A stretch of DNA of 64,000 nucleotides, taken from Botryllus schlosseri (lineage: Eukaryota). This document shows, one piece after another, positions 39,469 to 50,766 of this stretch. The notes below the pieces were generated by a model. It was not told where the DNA came from. It saw only the letters and a program-made list of their open reading frames with translations, and made no database searches. The stretch spans positions 9,238,001 to 9,302,000 of the forward strand of contig CM119383.1 in the NCBI GenBank assembly GCA_051294905.1, read 5' to 3'. Position 1 is the first letter of the stretch. Each line of letters opens with the position of its first letter. Made by a program: the position numbers and the translations under genes.

Positions 39469-40063
39469 TAGAGTTGTTCAAAAAAAACTTTTTTTTCCAA
39501 ATCTCACTCGCCTACTGACTAAATTGTCAGGTTGTCCAAGAAAACGATGCACACCAAATTTGACTCAATTCCAACCAGTCAAGGCCGTGCAATCTTGAAT
39601 TGAAATTTTTAATTTATTAATAAAAATAAAAAATAAAAATTTCTCAAATTTTTCTGTCAACCCCATGAAATTGTTGAGCTGTCTTAAAAGACGATGCAAA
39701 ACAAATTTGAGTCAATTCCGACTAGTAGAAGCGGAACTATTTGAGTTTTTCGTTGATAATCCCCGGACCAAGGATAATCCGACAATTATCAACGAAAAAC
39801 GTGAATTACTCCGCTTCTACTAGTCGGAATTGACTCAAATTTGTTTTGCATCGTCTTTGAAGACAGCTCAACAATTTCATGGGGTTGACAGAAAAATTTG
39901 AGAATTTTTATTTTTTTATTTTTATTAATAAATTAAAAATTTCAATTCAAGATTGCACGGCCTTGACTGGTTGGAATTGAGTCAAATTTGGTGTGCATCA
40001 TTTTCTTGGACAACCTGACAATTTAGTCAATAGGAAAAAAAAGTTTTTTTTTGAACAACCCTA
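39469..40063. mobile_element. Foldback / MITE: near-perfect inverted repeat with arms of about 280-290 bp and a 24-nt loop
   Basis: 39469-39760 is the reverse complement of 39785-40063 (termini tagagttgttcaaaaa ... tttttgaacaacccta). A short relative with the same termini follows at 40076-40224. Confidence 0.9.
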
Positions 40064-40326
40064 ATGTACATACACTACGGTTGTTCAAAAATATTTTTCT
40101 CGTCAATTTTCATTTCTAGGTTGGAATTAGCCGGTTTTTGTGTGCAATGTTGTCTAGCCAACCTAACAATTTCATAGAATAGTCAGTGAAATTTGAAGAA
40201 AAAAAATATTTTTGAACAACCCTATAGTGTATATACAGATACTTCTCTTTTCTCCGTTTTGTACTCTTATGTATGAAATTTTGAAAAAGTATGATCAGGA
40301 AAAAACGATAAAACGAATATTTTTAG

Positions 40327-40758
40327 GTCAAGGCTGGTGCACTGTCGCGACAACGAAAGGTAACGGTAAATATTACTTTGCCGACGGGATCGCCAGCTTT
40401 TCAAAGAGCAATGAAAACAATGCAACTGCCGGATAAAGAATACTCCGAGATATTCGGAAAAAATCGGAGGGACAGCATCGTACAGAAGTATACGCTTACT
40501 GAGAGCGCGTTGAACAGTTTCAGAGACGACAACGACATGAAAACGTTGGATTCGAGCTCGCGCGCTCTTGATCGAGTCACTGTAAGGTTTCAGAACGATT
40601 TCAAGCTATACAAAGATGAAGGTTTCGGATCTGATAAAAGCACAAAAGTTAGAAAGTCAATATTGAAAAAGAGAAGACAGTCCGTTGATGACATGGACAT
40701 CGGAACACGGAAAAATTTGACGAAGTATCTTGAGTCCAAATTAAAGTCGAGTGAATAG
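40327..40758 (+). CDS. Orphan terminal coding exon of an unidentified gene (143 codons plus stop)
   Basis: Strong acceptor atatttttag| at 40326. Open frame VKAGALSRQRKVTVNITLPTGSPAFQRAMKTMQLPDKEY...YLESKLKSSE* with higher GC than its flanks. No upstream exon of the same gene was recognised. Confidence 0.55.
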   Translation, partial: VKAGALSRQRKVTVNITLPTGSPAFQRAMKTMQLPDKEYSEIFGKNRRDSIVQKYTLTESALNSFRDDNDMKTLDSSSRALDRVTVRFQNDFKLYKDEGFGSDKSTKVRKSILKKRRQSVDDMDIGTRKNLTKYLESKLKSSE

Positions 40759-41433
40759 TAGCATTCAATGCTCGCCAGATATGACAAGGAAGAACAAAAC
40801 CGTACGCAATAACTAGGACAGGAGTGCGCAGCCAAATTACGTCACAACCGTCACGTAATGTGGGATAACCAGCAGCAAAGTGTTGCACTCAAGTGACAGT
40901 TACACAGTTGTAATATACATTGATTGAAGTCGAAGTAATTCAATTTAAATATTATTATTTATTTTTACCTTATTTGTACTGATGACTCTTCCTGACGAGG
41001 CTTAATCGTAAAGCTGTATACGTAAAGAAATATATTGCGATGAAATTTTCAAGTTCTGTACCACCAATCATGTAATCCACAAAGCCAAGTTTTAGCGGCT
41101 TTCGGCCCGTAGGTCTACACTCACCGCCTAAACTCTCCAGTCTCCACCAAGCATTTTTTACTGCTTTCCACCTCTACGATGGTATTGCTGAAGTCGACGT
41201 CATACGTAGGCCTACATAGCCGGTCGTTATAACGACAGAACATGCGTATTGCGCATGCAGTATTGCAATCTGAAGCTAAAGGATTGTGCAGTATACCCTG
41301 ATCTTTTTGACTTATTTTACTGAAATACATAATTTCGATATAGTCGTATTCTTACAAGTTATAATACTGTTGGCTAATATGCTAAATTTCATATATGTCC
41401 TAATCTAAAACTCGGGTAGACTTATCAATATCG

Positions 41434-41574
41434 GCAATGTTCCCTCTAAGCTGCGCGCGTGCGCAAAGTCACCGTGTACAGAAAAATCTGCGATGATCTT
41501 TATTTTTAGTCGTTACGCACTGTCGTGCAGTTGGTGAGTGCGCGCAGTCACGTGAAAAATTAGAGGAAACATTG
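41434..41574. mobile_element. Short hAT-like MITE
   Basis: TIR caatgttccctcta ... tagaggaaacattg; TSD aatatcgg/aatatcag. Confidence 0.8.
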
Positions 41575-42640
41575 AATATCAGTATCAGTAAAAATTTTCA
41601 TCATTTCAAAACACCGCAGACTGCGATACCAGGAAAGCTACGAAACGACTTTTGGAAAAGTATTTGATATCAGACCATCACCCATACCTTGGCCTAGGGC
41701 CCTAGCGCACGCACCCTTTGAGCTTCCATAAAATGTTCTCGTACCCCTATCCAGGATCGTCACAGAACTATGTAAGCCCGTCCGAACGCTGGTCTTGAGC
41801 CCCCGTAGGGTTTCAAAACAACTTCCGTGGAGTTCAGGAACAGGAGACGGTTCAGCGGTTATGTCATTGTCGAAGGTTTCGCCAATGTGCTGTGTTTTAG
41901 GGTACAAATGTTTATCGACGCCGATCTCTTTGGTGATTTATTTTACTCGGTCGCGGTGCACCTAAACGTCATAAGATTTGGTAGGGAGAAAGTTGCGGTT
42001 GCGAAAATGCCTCAAAAAGGTTATGGCCCATTGGCGTAGCCAGGAGGAGGCCAAAAGGAGCCATGACACCTCCCAAAGTTTTCGTATGGTTGAGTATTTT
42101 TGAGCAGATATGTAATCAACTTGAAATTTTTCTACACGCTTTGAGCGATATTCAATTTCAATAGTATTTTGATTGTTGAGTACCCGTCCCTCGATAAATA
42201 TAAACAAAAAATATAGGCCTGAATAAAAATACACATTATGCACAGAATTGAATCTAACTGTATTTGTGTGTGCTACCTGTGGTTGCTGTGACTATATTAG
42301 ACACCAGATCTTCGGCGTCAAAAAGGCAGATTGGTTTTAGTCAACACGAAGTGCGATCCCAGAAAGATCGCTGGTGATGGAACTTTGGCCGAATATCGCG
42401 CGGGATGACCTTGTCCTTGCAACCTGAGTCCCACCACGGTACGAATGCGACGAGCAGAGGCAAAATATCGTGACCCGTGAATAAATGCAAATTGAGAATC
42501 GTCCGCATCTCACCAAAGACATTATTATACTCTTTATTGGCTGTGGTAGCCTGTGTGAGCGATCTTTGAAGTGACGACAACTTTCTCCGGAGGTCACGAA
42601 ATAACAACATGCTTCTACTAAATAAATAATTACAAGTGAG

Positions 42641-44645
42641 CAGACATGGGGTAATCGTGATTAGTAATCGTAATCGATTACGACGATTACAGCATTTCCA
42701 AGTAATCGTAATCGCAATCGATTACATTCGAAAAAAATCCGAAGTAATCGTAATCGACTACTTCACATATCTAATCGATTTCTTTGTGAAAGAACGATTA
42801 CTTTTCATTTGTGCAATGCCCATGACATAAACTGAACTATGAACATTCATGAGAAACGAAGAGTGTGATTTAAAACAGGATTTGGATAGCAGAAATGTCG
42901 GGTTTTCAAACGCCTCTATACTCATTATTGCGTCACAAGTATTAGCTTGGTTCTTGATTGCGTAACGAATTATCCGCACGTAGTAAATAGATATTCGATG
43001 TAAATAATGTAGTACTGTGATTGTAAGAACACCCGCTGTGGATTATGTCGCTGCACTGATCATTACACTGCACAGCACACGCCACTACCTCGCAGCAGGA
43101 TAATAATCACCACACGGCCTAGTTTCGAATAGTAACGTATATGTACAAATTGTACATTGTACAATGTATAGATGTTTTGTTATGCTTAGGTAAACGCAAT
43201 CTGACCGTAGCTGATTGGCGAGCGGTAGGCCTATTTACGTATACAATGCACAACGATTTGAAATTTTGTACCCGTCAAATTAAACATGACAATATCTACA
43301 TCGAAGCATTAAAAACCAGGCTGCTGATAAAAAAAAATCATAACCGAGCCGTTATTTTCCGTTACTCGTCAGAAGTTGATGTTTACCTTATCATATTCTC
43401 ATACGGCCCTACGTAAAACGGGCAACAATTGTTCTTTCGCAATTTTATACTCATCATTCGGATATGCCACTAGCCATCCGCTTACACACCATGTTAGCGT
43501 GGATTTCAGCTAGAATCAGTACCGAAACAGCACTTCGCCACCGCCATTCTCACAAATGGTGATCTTGTGCTCCCCATAAGGCGATCAATAAAGCTTGTGG
43601 CGGGCGAAGTCCCCCAGAACCCCCTTAAAGGCCGGGCTTTTCACAAGAACTGGTAAAACATGATTTGATGCGATGGATCCGCTGTGAATTTGCTGTCAAG
43701 TCGCGCCAGGCGCGAATATTTAGGCACCGAGCGAGATAGTGTAAAGGTTATGCGTCCGGCTTCTCGAGCGGTAGGTCGTGGGTTCGATCCCCGGCCGGGT
43801 CATACCAAAGACTCGAAAATTGGTATCCGCAGCTATCCTGCTAGGCGCTCAGCAATTACGGATAGCATGGAGGAGAAAAAAAAACGGGGGCGCAGACTAG
43901 ATGACCTCATGGGGCTGTATCGCAACTCCGTCGTCAAAGCATCTCGATGGTGCAGGCGAAAAAGAATATCATATCTCTCTCTCTCTCACATAATTTACGA
44001 CTATAACTTTATTGTATGTTGTTAACTCGTGACCTCCTGTCTGCTATATAGTCAGCAGATATTGGAGTCGCCCAAACGTAGCGGACGAAAAGAAAACTAA
44101 ACGAAAAACTTTTGTGAGACGCACCAAAAATTGTCATTTATGCACGTATGGTTCATCATTTTCCTCAGTGAGTGCCCCCGGTGGCATTTGTATTGTGGGG
44201 CTGAGATTGAGAAGACTATTGTTCGCGACCATCCAGCGCGGCTATGGACAATGGACAAATAATACACAATGTTTCGGCCAATGTAGCATGTCTTGTTGCA
44301 TGTGTTGCGGCGCGGTATTGGCTGGCACCGAAATGCCTATTTCTGTGTGAATCATGCCATGGTATATTATGTCATACACAGGAAATGACGTCATTATATC
44401 TCATTTAAAAATAAAGACCTTCTCTCATGAGGCCTTTTCATCGCATTGTTGTCTTCCAATGATAACTTCTCAGAAGCAAAATGAATGTAATCGTGAGTAA
44501 TCGTGATTACTTTTCCAAAGTAAACGTAATCGTAATCGACTACTCGCGGATTTTGCTGTAATCGTAATCGTAATCGTAATCGCGTGATTCATAAGTAATC
44601 GTAATCGCAATCGATTACATTCATGAAGTAATCACCCCATGTCTG
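42641..44645. mobile_element. About 2-kb non-autonomous hAT-like element with gtaatc subterminal repeats
   Basis: TIR cagacatggggt ... accccatgtctg, TSD caagtgag/caagtgac, (gtaatc)n arrays inside both ends. Confidence 0.87.
43729..43880 (+). mobile_element. tRNA-derived SINE (5' head plus central domain)
   Basis: A-box-like tagtgtaaagg (about 43737), B-box ggttcgatccc (43781), followed by ggtcataccaaagac...ctgctaggcgctcagca. From recall this resembles the MetaSINE central domain. No tRNA cloverleaf 3' end. Confidence 0.75.
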
Positions 44646-45563
44646 CAAGTGACCTGCCCGACGCTCACCCTCCAGAAACTCATGAATAGTCTTACCGTGT
44701 TGTATGAACAATGAACACAATAGCTTAAGATGAATAATTGCGTGCTTTCGAAATCTTTGAAGACATCGCTTCTATCAGCTCTACCGATAAATCTTATAAT
44801 GATAATGTGTAGTCAATGATATATCTATATATTATTGCGTGTAGCTTGCAGGACCGTAATAGAGTCGCACTCCAATGAATGAGGGCCCAAAAATATTCCG
44901 TAAATTATAGATTTATACAGTTTTTTGGTAGAATCATCCAACTTGAAATTTTTTCTTCGCGCTTCGCGTGATTTAGTGTCGCGCTACCGACCTTGAATTC
45001 CCTCCAAAAAAAAATCGTTAGAAATAGGCATTTGGGCGCCGTCGTATGTCCAATTGTAAGTTGCTCATATACGTACCAGAGATATATAAAACTATAACGT
45101 TTACTTTCGATTCAGTGTGCATGCCTCCTTTTTTACATCACCTAGGCCAGGTGGGGGTCTGATTTCGAAGACTACTCCAAGTCGTTCCGGCACCTTCCTA
45201 TCTTCTCATTGTATCGCATTTTTGTGGTGTATGTAACTGATCAAATTACTAATAAACCAATGATGACGATCTCTCATGTATCATGTATCTATCATGTATC
45301 GCAGTCTTGAGGTGCATTGATCAATTTCAACATTTTGAAATGATGAAATTGTTAGTAACAAATTGCATCCTCTGTCTCATGTGCGACGCACAATGTTCGA
45401 AGTTACGACAATGGCGCCAATTAGAAAAATATTATGTAAACAAAAACATTAGATCACTTGGAAGACTTGAAGTCCCGAAAAATTACGATATATAGCTTGA
45501 GTTGGAGCCTATACTTTGTGTAGACTCGTCAAAACGCCATCGGTAATATAGTGCTGTGGTTCC

Positions 45564-48500
45564 ATGGCAATGACGAGCAGCGGGGAGAAGGCTGTCGAAA
45601 ATGAGATCTCTCCCACACAGAGGAAAACTGAAGAAATCCTTTCATCCATCAGTCATCTAACTAAGTAAGTTGTAGTATACAATACATTACGTACAACACG
45701 AAACCAGTGTTTTACTGTCGTCTTGGTCTTGTAAGACTGTAGCAAGTGCGATATTAATTATAGGTCTAATAAGTTCAGTTTCCACTACTGCATAGTAGTG
45801 TTGGGATAAAGTCACTACCTTCGAGTCATTGCACATTTTGACTCGAGTCAAGTCAAGTCAATCGATTTTCGAAGGCGACTTGAGTCAAGTCAATTCACTC
45901 GATTTTTAGAGGTTACTCGAGTCAAGTCGAATCAAGTCAAATTACGAGTCAAGTCACTATTCAAGTCAAGTTGCCTTTTCGAAGTATGAGGCATGATTAC
46001 GTCATTGTATTTTGCTAGCTGTCTGAAAGACAGATTGAGTGATCATAGATTCCGAACCCATGAACGAATATAGAGTTAAATATATACAGAAGAAGGCGCT
46101 GTATCACCCACATATACGTAGAACTGTTATACTACGTAGCCTCAGTTTATAGTTACCAGCCAAAATAGAGAATAAAGAAATGAATTGGTAAGATGCAATA
46201 CAGTACCCATTTACAAATTGATATGATAGAATTCACCCCTGCGCCAATGGTTGAGTACTATATAAACTATATTTGAATTCAATTTTAATAAAACAAGAGG
46301 TTTGGTTAAGCTAAGAACAGAGAACAGAAATAGACATTTTGGGTAATTCCATGTCTGATCAACCAAAAAAATGGATTTCGTCACCACATAGTGTCAGATT
46401 TTGCTGAAATTTGGCTCAAAACATCATGAAATATAGCTCACTAAATCGCAATTTATTTGAAATGAATTACTCAAGTAGTTTTAAAATTATCGCATGATAA
46501 AAAACTACAGAAAATTTCAAATCAGCCTAAAAAATTACTTGAATTTCGCGGTTGAATGAGCATAAAAAGCTTGTTTTTTATCATGCAATAACTTGGAAAC
46601 CACTTATGTAATTCATTTAAAATAAATTGATATTTACTTAGATGTAGGCCTACTTCATGGTGTTTTAAGCCAAATTTCAGCAAAATCTGAAACTTATGAG
46701 ATACCCAATCTCTCTTTTTATTAATCTCAAATTGAATTACCCCATGGATTAAGAAGTATTTGTGTAAAGTTAATTTAGAGGTACTATCCGTCAAATATTA
46801 ATTAGCAAAACATGTCAGCCATGTTCCTCTCCAAACAAGCTTTCATATGATATGTTACTTTCCAATTTTCGGGTAGACAGAATTACGCTAGATATAAAGT
46901 TCATGTTACGCATGAACGATTTTGGAAAGTGTCAGTTTATGAGGTGGGTTTTAACCCCTGACCCCATTTGATTAGGCGACAATTTTCCCTTCAATAGCAA
47001 GAGTTTCTTCTATTCAATCATTAGACACCATAATCCACTCTCAAGTACTTGACTATGCTGTTTTATAAACGTTACTGTAATAGGTATTGTAAAAGTAATT
47101 GAACTTCATGGTTGGGTGAGCACAAAATGGCCATTTTTTAAAATGCGATAACTTTGCGATGGGTGGACCAATTTTGACAAAATTAAGTTTGCTGCAGTCA
47201 GCACTGGATACCAGATTTACCCCTTCATTTTCATTGCAATCTGAGACCTAGTGGTGACGAGTGCGGTTGATTTGACATGGACTTACCCTTGCTATTTTAT
47301 TACTTTATTACTAGTTTACGACAACGTAAGCTGTTAAGCTTCGATCACTTCGTTTGCGGTCAATTAAGTTATGAGAAAACAATGGAGGCTCAATAAAATA
47401 CACGATCATTGAATGATTGGTCGCTCTCACGGTTCACACCAGCGTTTCGCGAACAATCCGAACATATGCAAGATACTGTGACTTTTATCAACACCGATTA
47501 CTTGATGACTGGAAATTGACTCGTGAATTTTGCTTCGAGTCACGAGTCAATCCACATTTCAGATACGTCGAGTCAAGTCATTTTAGCAAAGTGACTCGAG
47601 TCAAGTCAAGTCATACAAAAAAGGTGAGTCGAGTCAAGTCATGACTCGAGTCATCCCAACACTGCCGCATAGATCATGTATTCCTCATACTAATATTAAA
47701 TCTGAAGTAAGGTAGTTATTTTGGGACCCAAATTTTGAAGTCTCAAAGGTATACCTCCTGTAGATTTGAGGAGCTCTGCTTCAGTAGCCTTTATATAGGG
47801 AGTGTGATGAATACTTTAGCAAAAAGGCAGTGTGTCTGTACCGGCATCATTGCGACACAATCGGATCATCACATTCATGGAGCATAACATGACAATTGCT
47901 TTCGATCTGTTTTTAATCTGTTGTATTGAATTTTTCGATTGGTAGCCAGCTATAATATTACAAATTTTCCGTATAATTCTGTTACAGACTTCGAGATTGG
48001 CTCTGCAACTTGAACTGTGAACGCCTTGTGAGTAATGCAGCGTCTAAACACCCTGCTTCATTCTCAAAAGATGGTGCTGATCTATCTCAAAGCATTGAAG
48101 ACACACGAGCAAAATATATTTCACGGAGAGCCAGTTTGAACCTTCAGAGTGAAGTGCTTCAATCGTATGTCTGTTTGTTTATCACGTCTTGCGCAATACG
48201 CATATCATCTATTCGTTAATTTTAATCTTGACTATAGTATATCACTGTTGCAATATCTTTAGTGGAATATTTGTTAAAACCCCAGAATGAAGTCTTCGGA
48301 TGAAGTATTCAAAGCTTTCCATCCCACCATCACTGAACTGTCCGCGGATGACCCAGAGCATCACAAGACACAGCAGCAGGCAATCAGAGAAAAAATATGT
48401 CGTATGCACATGATTTCCAAGCAGGTACCAGTGGTTTATTATCCATCACATAATGCTTGTGTCGAATTTGCACATTCAACATGGCATTTTAAAATAGTTG

Positions 48501-49569
48501 ATGCATGTGAACACTGCCAATTTGCTTTTCGATGTATTGTTATTGTTATATTATGTAGGCATCTTTGTTTTTAAGATACGTCAACTAACTGAAGAAAAGA
48601 GGGCCTTGAAACTGAGGAGTTTGGAGTTAGACGAAGAGTAAGGATCTCTTATCGTTCATTTGTTATAATTTTTCATGTTAAAACAAAGCAGAATTGCAAT
48701 AATGATAGCACGCTCATTGCTCAATCATATTTTCTGATGTTTATCTACATACACAGATGTGTCACATGTTACATTTTGGATGCAGACACTTTGCGATTCA
48801 CAATCATCATTTGTGTAATTCTATTGTGAAATGTAGATACGACGCATACAGACAAGTTCCAAAGTTATATGATATGAACAAACATGTCCCTCAACAGGAT
48901 ACAAGATCGTGTATCCGTTAACAGATGGGATGTATTGGCACTTGACGATCGTGTTGTCGATAGAAGCTCAAAAGTGAGTAATGAGTAGGATTAGTCCTGT
49001 GTTCGAGTCCATTGCTCACACAGAAGGCTCAGAATAAATGTTGCACATATTTGTATACGCCCGACATCAAAATGCTACTCTATTATTGTTCTTGATGAAA
49101 GTTGCGCTACGTGTCAACAGTCTTATGAGTGAAAAACACAGGTTTTTTTTTCGATTGGAAAAGTGTTTACTGTCCTGTTCTCCTTTTGAATGCCCGCATG
49201 AAAAACAACCAGCAACATTTTCGATTGACCTGCTATGATTTCTGTCAAGTATTCACCGGCGATGTCACGCAGAAATGTGATGCAAACTCATGCATTGCAT
49301 TTTAAAAAGTAGGTTTACTGTAAAAAATGTAGTAGAAGCACTTCATTACTGACCACCTCCGACATTGAACCATGACAATGAACGACTATATTTCTTAGGA
49401 CTACGAGAAAAAGGAAAAGGAGCTTGCAAACATCCGTCGGATTAAGCATGTATATCAGTATATGATACTGGCGAGCGGCTTGGAGATACACGACGACCCA
49501 GAGTTGAAGTCACTTGTTATGGAACTGGAGAAGCCTGAGAGTATGATGCTTACGTGCCTTGACGAGTGA
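45564..49569 (+). CDS. CENPH: Centromere protein H-like (CENP-H), 6 predicted exons, about 230 aa coiled-coil protein
   Basis: Phase-consistent GT-AG exons 45564-45664, 47988-48164, 48286-48424, 48576-48637, 48925-48973, 49399-49569. The C-terminus RIKHVYQYMILASGLEIHDDPELKSLVMELEKPESMM resembles the recalled human CENP-H C-terminus (VIQHVFQNLILGSKVNWAEDPALKEIVLQLEKNVDMM). Family assignment is from recall; a Pfam CENP-H search is needed. Confidence 0.75.
45796..47664. mobile_element. hAT-like element in CENPH intron 1 carrying a nested insertion
   Basis: TIR tagtgttggga ... tcccaacactg, TSD ctgcatag/ccgcatag. Reverse-orientation relative of 33161-34079, with about 950 bp extra. Confidence 0.88.
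46341..47288. mobile_element. Nested TIR element (GGG-ended, possibly PIF/Harbinger-like)
   Basis: TIR gggtaattccatgtctgatcaacc ... ggttgatttgacatggacttaccc. The empty site is visible in the sister element at about 33550-33560. The superfamily is a guess. Confidence 0.75.
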
Positions 49570-50766
49570 TAGAGCCGTTCGTGATCACCAATTAACGGCT
49601 ATAGAGTGCCTGGTAATCAACTGGCATGATTGGGACACTCGAATATCAGTGTCGAGTTACGATATGATGTTGTTCCATTTTATGACGTTGACGAGATGAA
49701 ACTATACAAGATAAAGCCAACAGTGCTCACTTAGTTTGCTCATCTGTAACAACCATGTTGTTATCGCTGTGTTATTACACGGTTGCTTGATAAAAGAATG
49801 ACCAAACTGCTGCATTGAGCAGAATTCGCCTTTTTCTGAGTGCTGGATAGTAAATGAATATTGGTTCATCCTTGCTGGATTTGCTTGAGCTCATGATGTT
49901 GGAATGTCTGTAGTTCGATTGTGTATTTATTAGTCGAATGACTGTTGCTATCTGAAATTATTGAACTCGGCTACTGGTAAATACATCTACATCCTTGATT
50001 ATATTGCACGGATGATAGTGATTCAATAAACTGGCAAATATATTTCTGAGAAGCCTTTCCTAGAATATATGCAGAGATTTGAAATGCAGGGAAATTTTCT
50101 CTTGGTATCCTCGGTAGTGTTCATTCATACTTCAATCATAAGGTACTGACTACGATTGCAGACACGTGCCGAGTTGAAACTGAAATATTATTTATTACGT
50201 CATTGTCAGTAACAGAATCAGCATGACTGTCCCATCAGGGTAGATTAATCCTAAGGAACAAACAATGTTAGACAGCCAAACAAGATTGTTGACATCCCAA
50301 AAAATTAGAAGTGCTGGAAATACAAAAGAATTGGAACTGATTACAAAAGATATCCACTACAGGTCATTCACATACAGTCCACAGTTATTATTATTGATGA
50401 CAGCTCGACTTAATAATTCCTCATTCTCATGAGGCAAGATCACATATCCAACAATAAATGGTTTATAGGAAGTAAAAGGTAATTGCAATCCATCCCCACA
50501 TAAAGTCACCACACGATAGTGTGGTAATAAAGTATGACAAAATACATGCGTGTAGTTCGAAAAGGCAACTTTTTCAAAGATAATATTTCACGGTTTAGTA
50601 TAATGTCATGAGATCGATAATGTAAACATGGATGCAAACACGATTTGGTGTGAGAGAAAAGTTTGCCCGGCCCCAGTTAGCTAGCAGGCTAGTCTTGCAT
50701 CTACCGTTGGACAAGCACTTAAATTAGGACCCGAGTATTATCTCCCAAGTCTGTCTTCCTTCACGA

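Noticed and set aside
43729-43800. Possible tRNA gene
   Set aside because: A and B boxes are present, but I could not fold an acceptor stem and it continues into a SINE body rather than a terminator.
48837-48921. Extra CENPH exon starting at 48837
   Set aside because: All three frames hit a stop before the GTGAGT donor; the acceptor at 48924 gives a clean in-phase exon instead.
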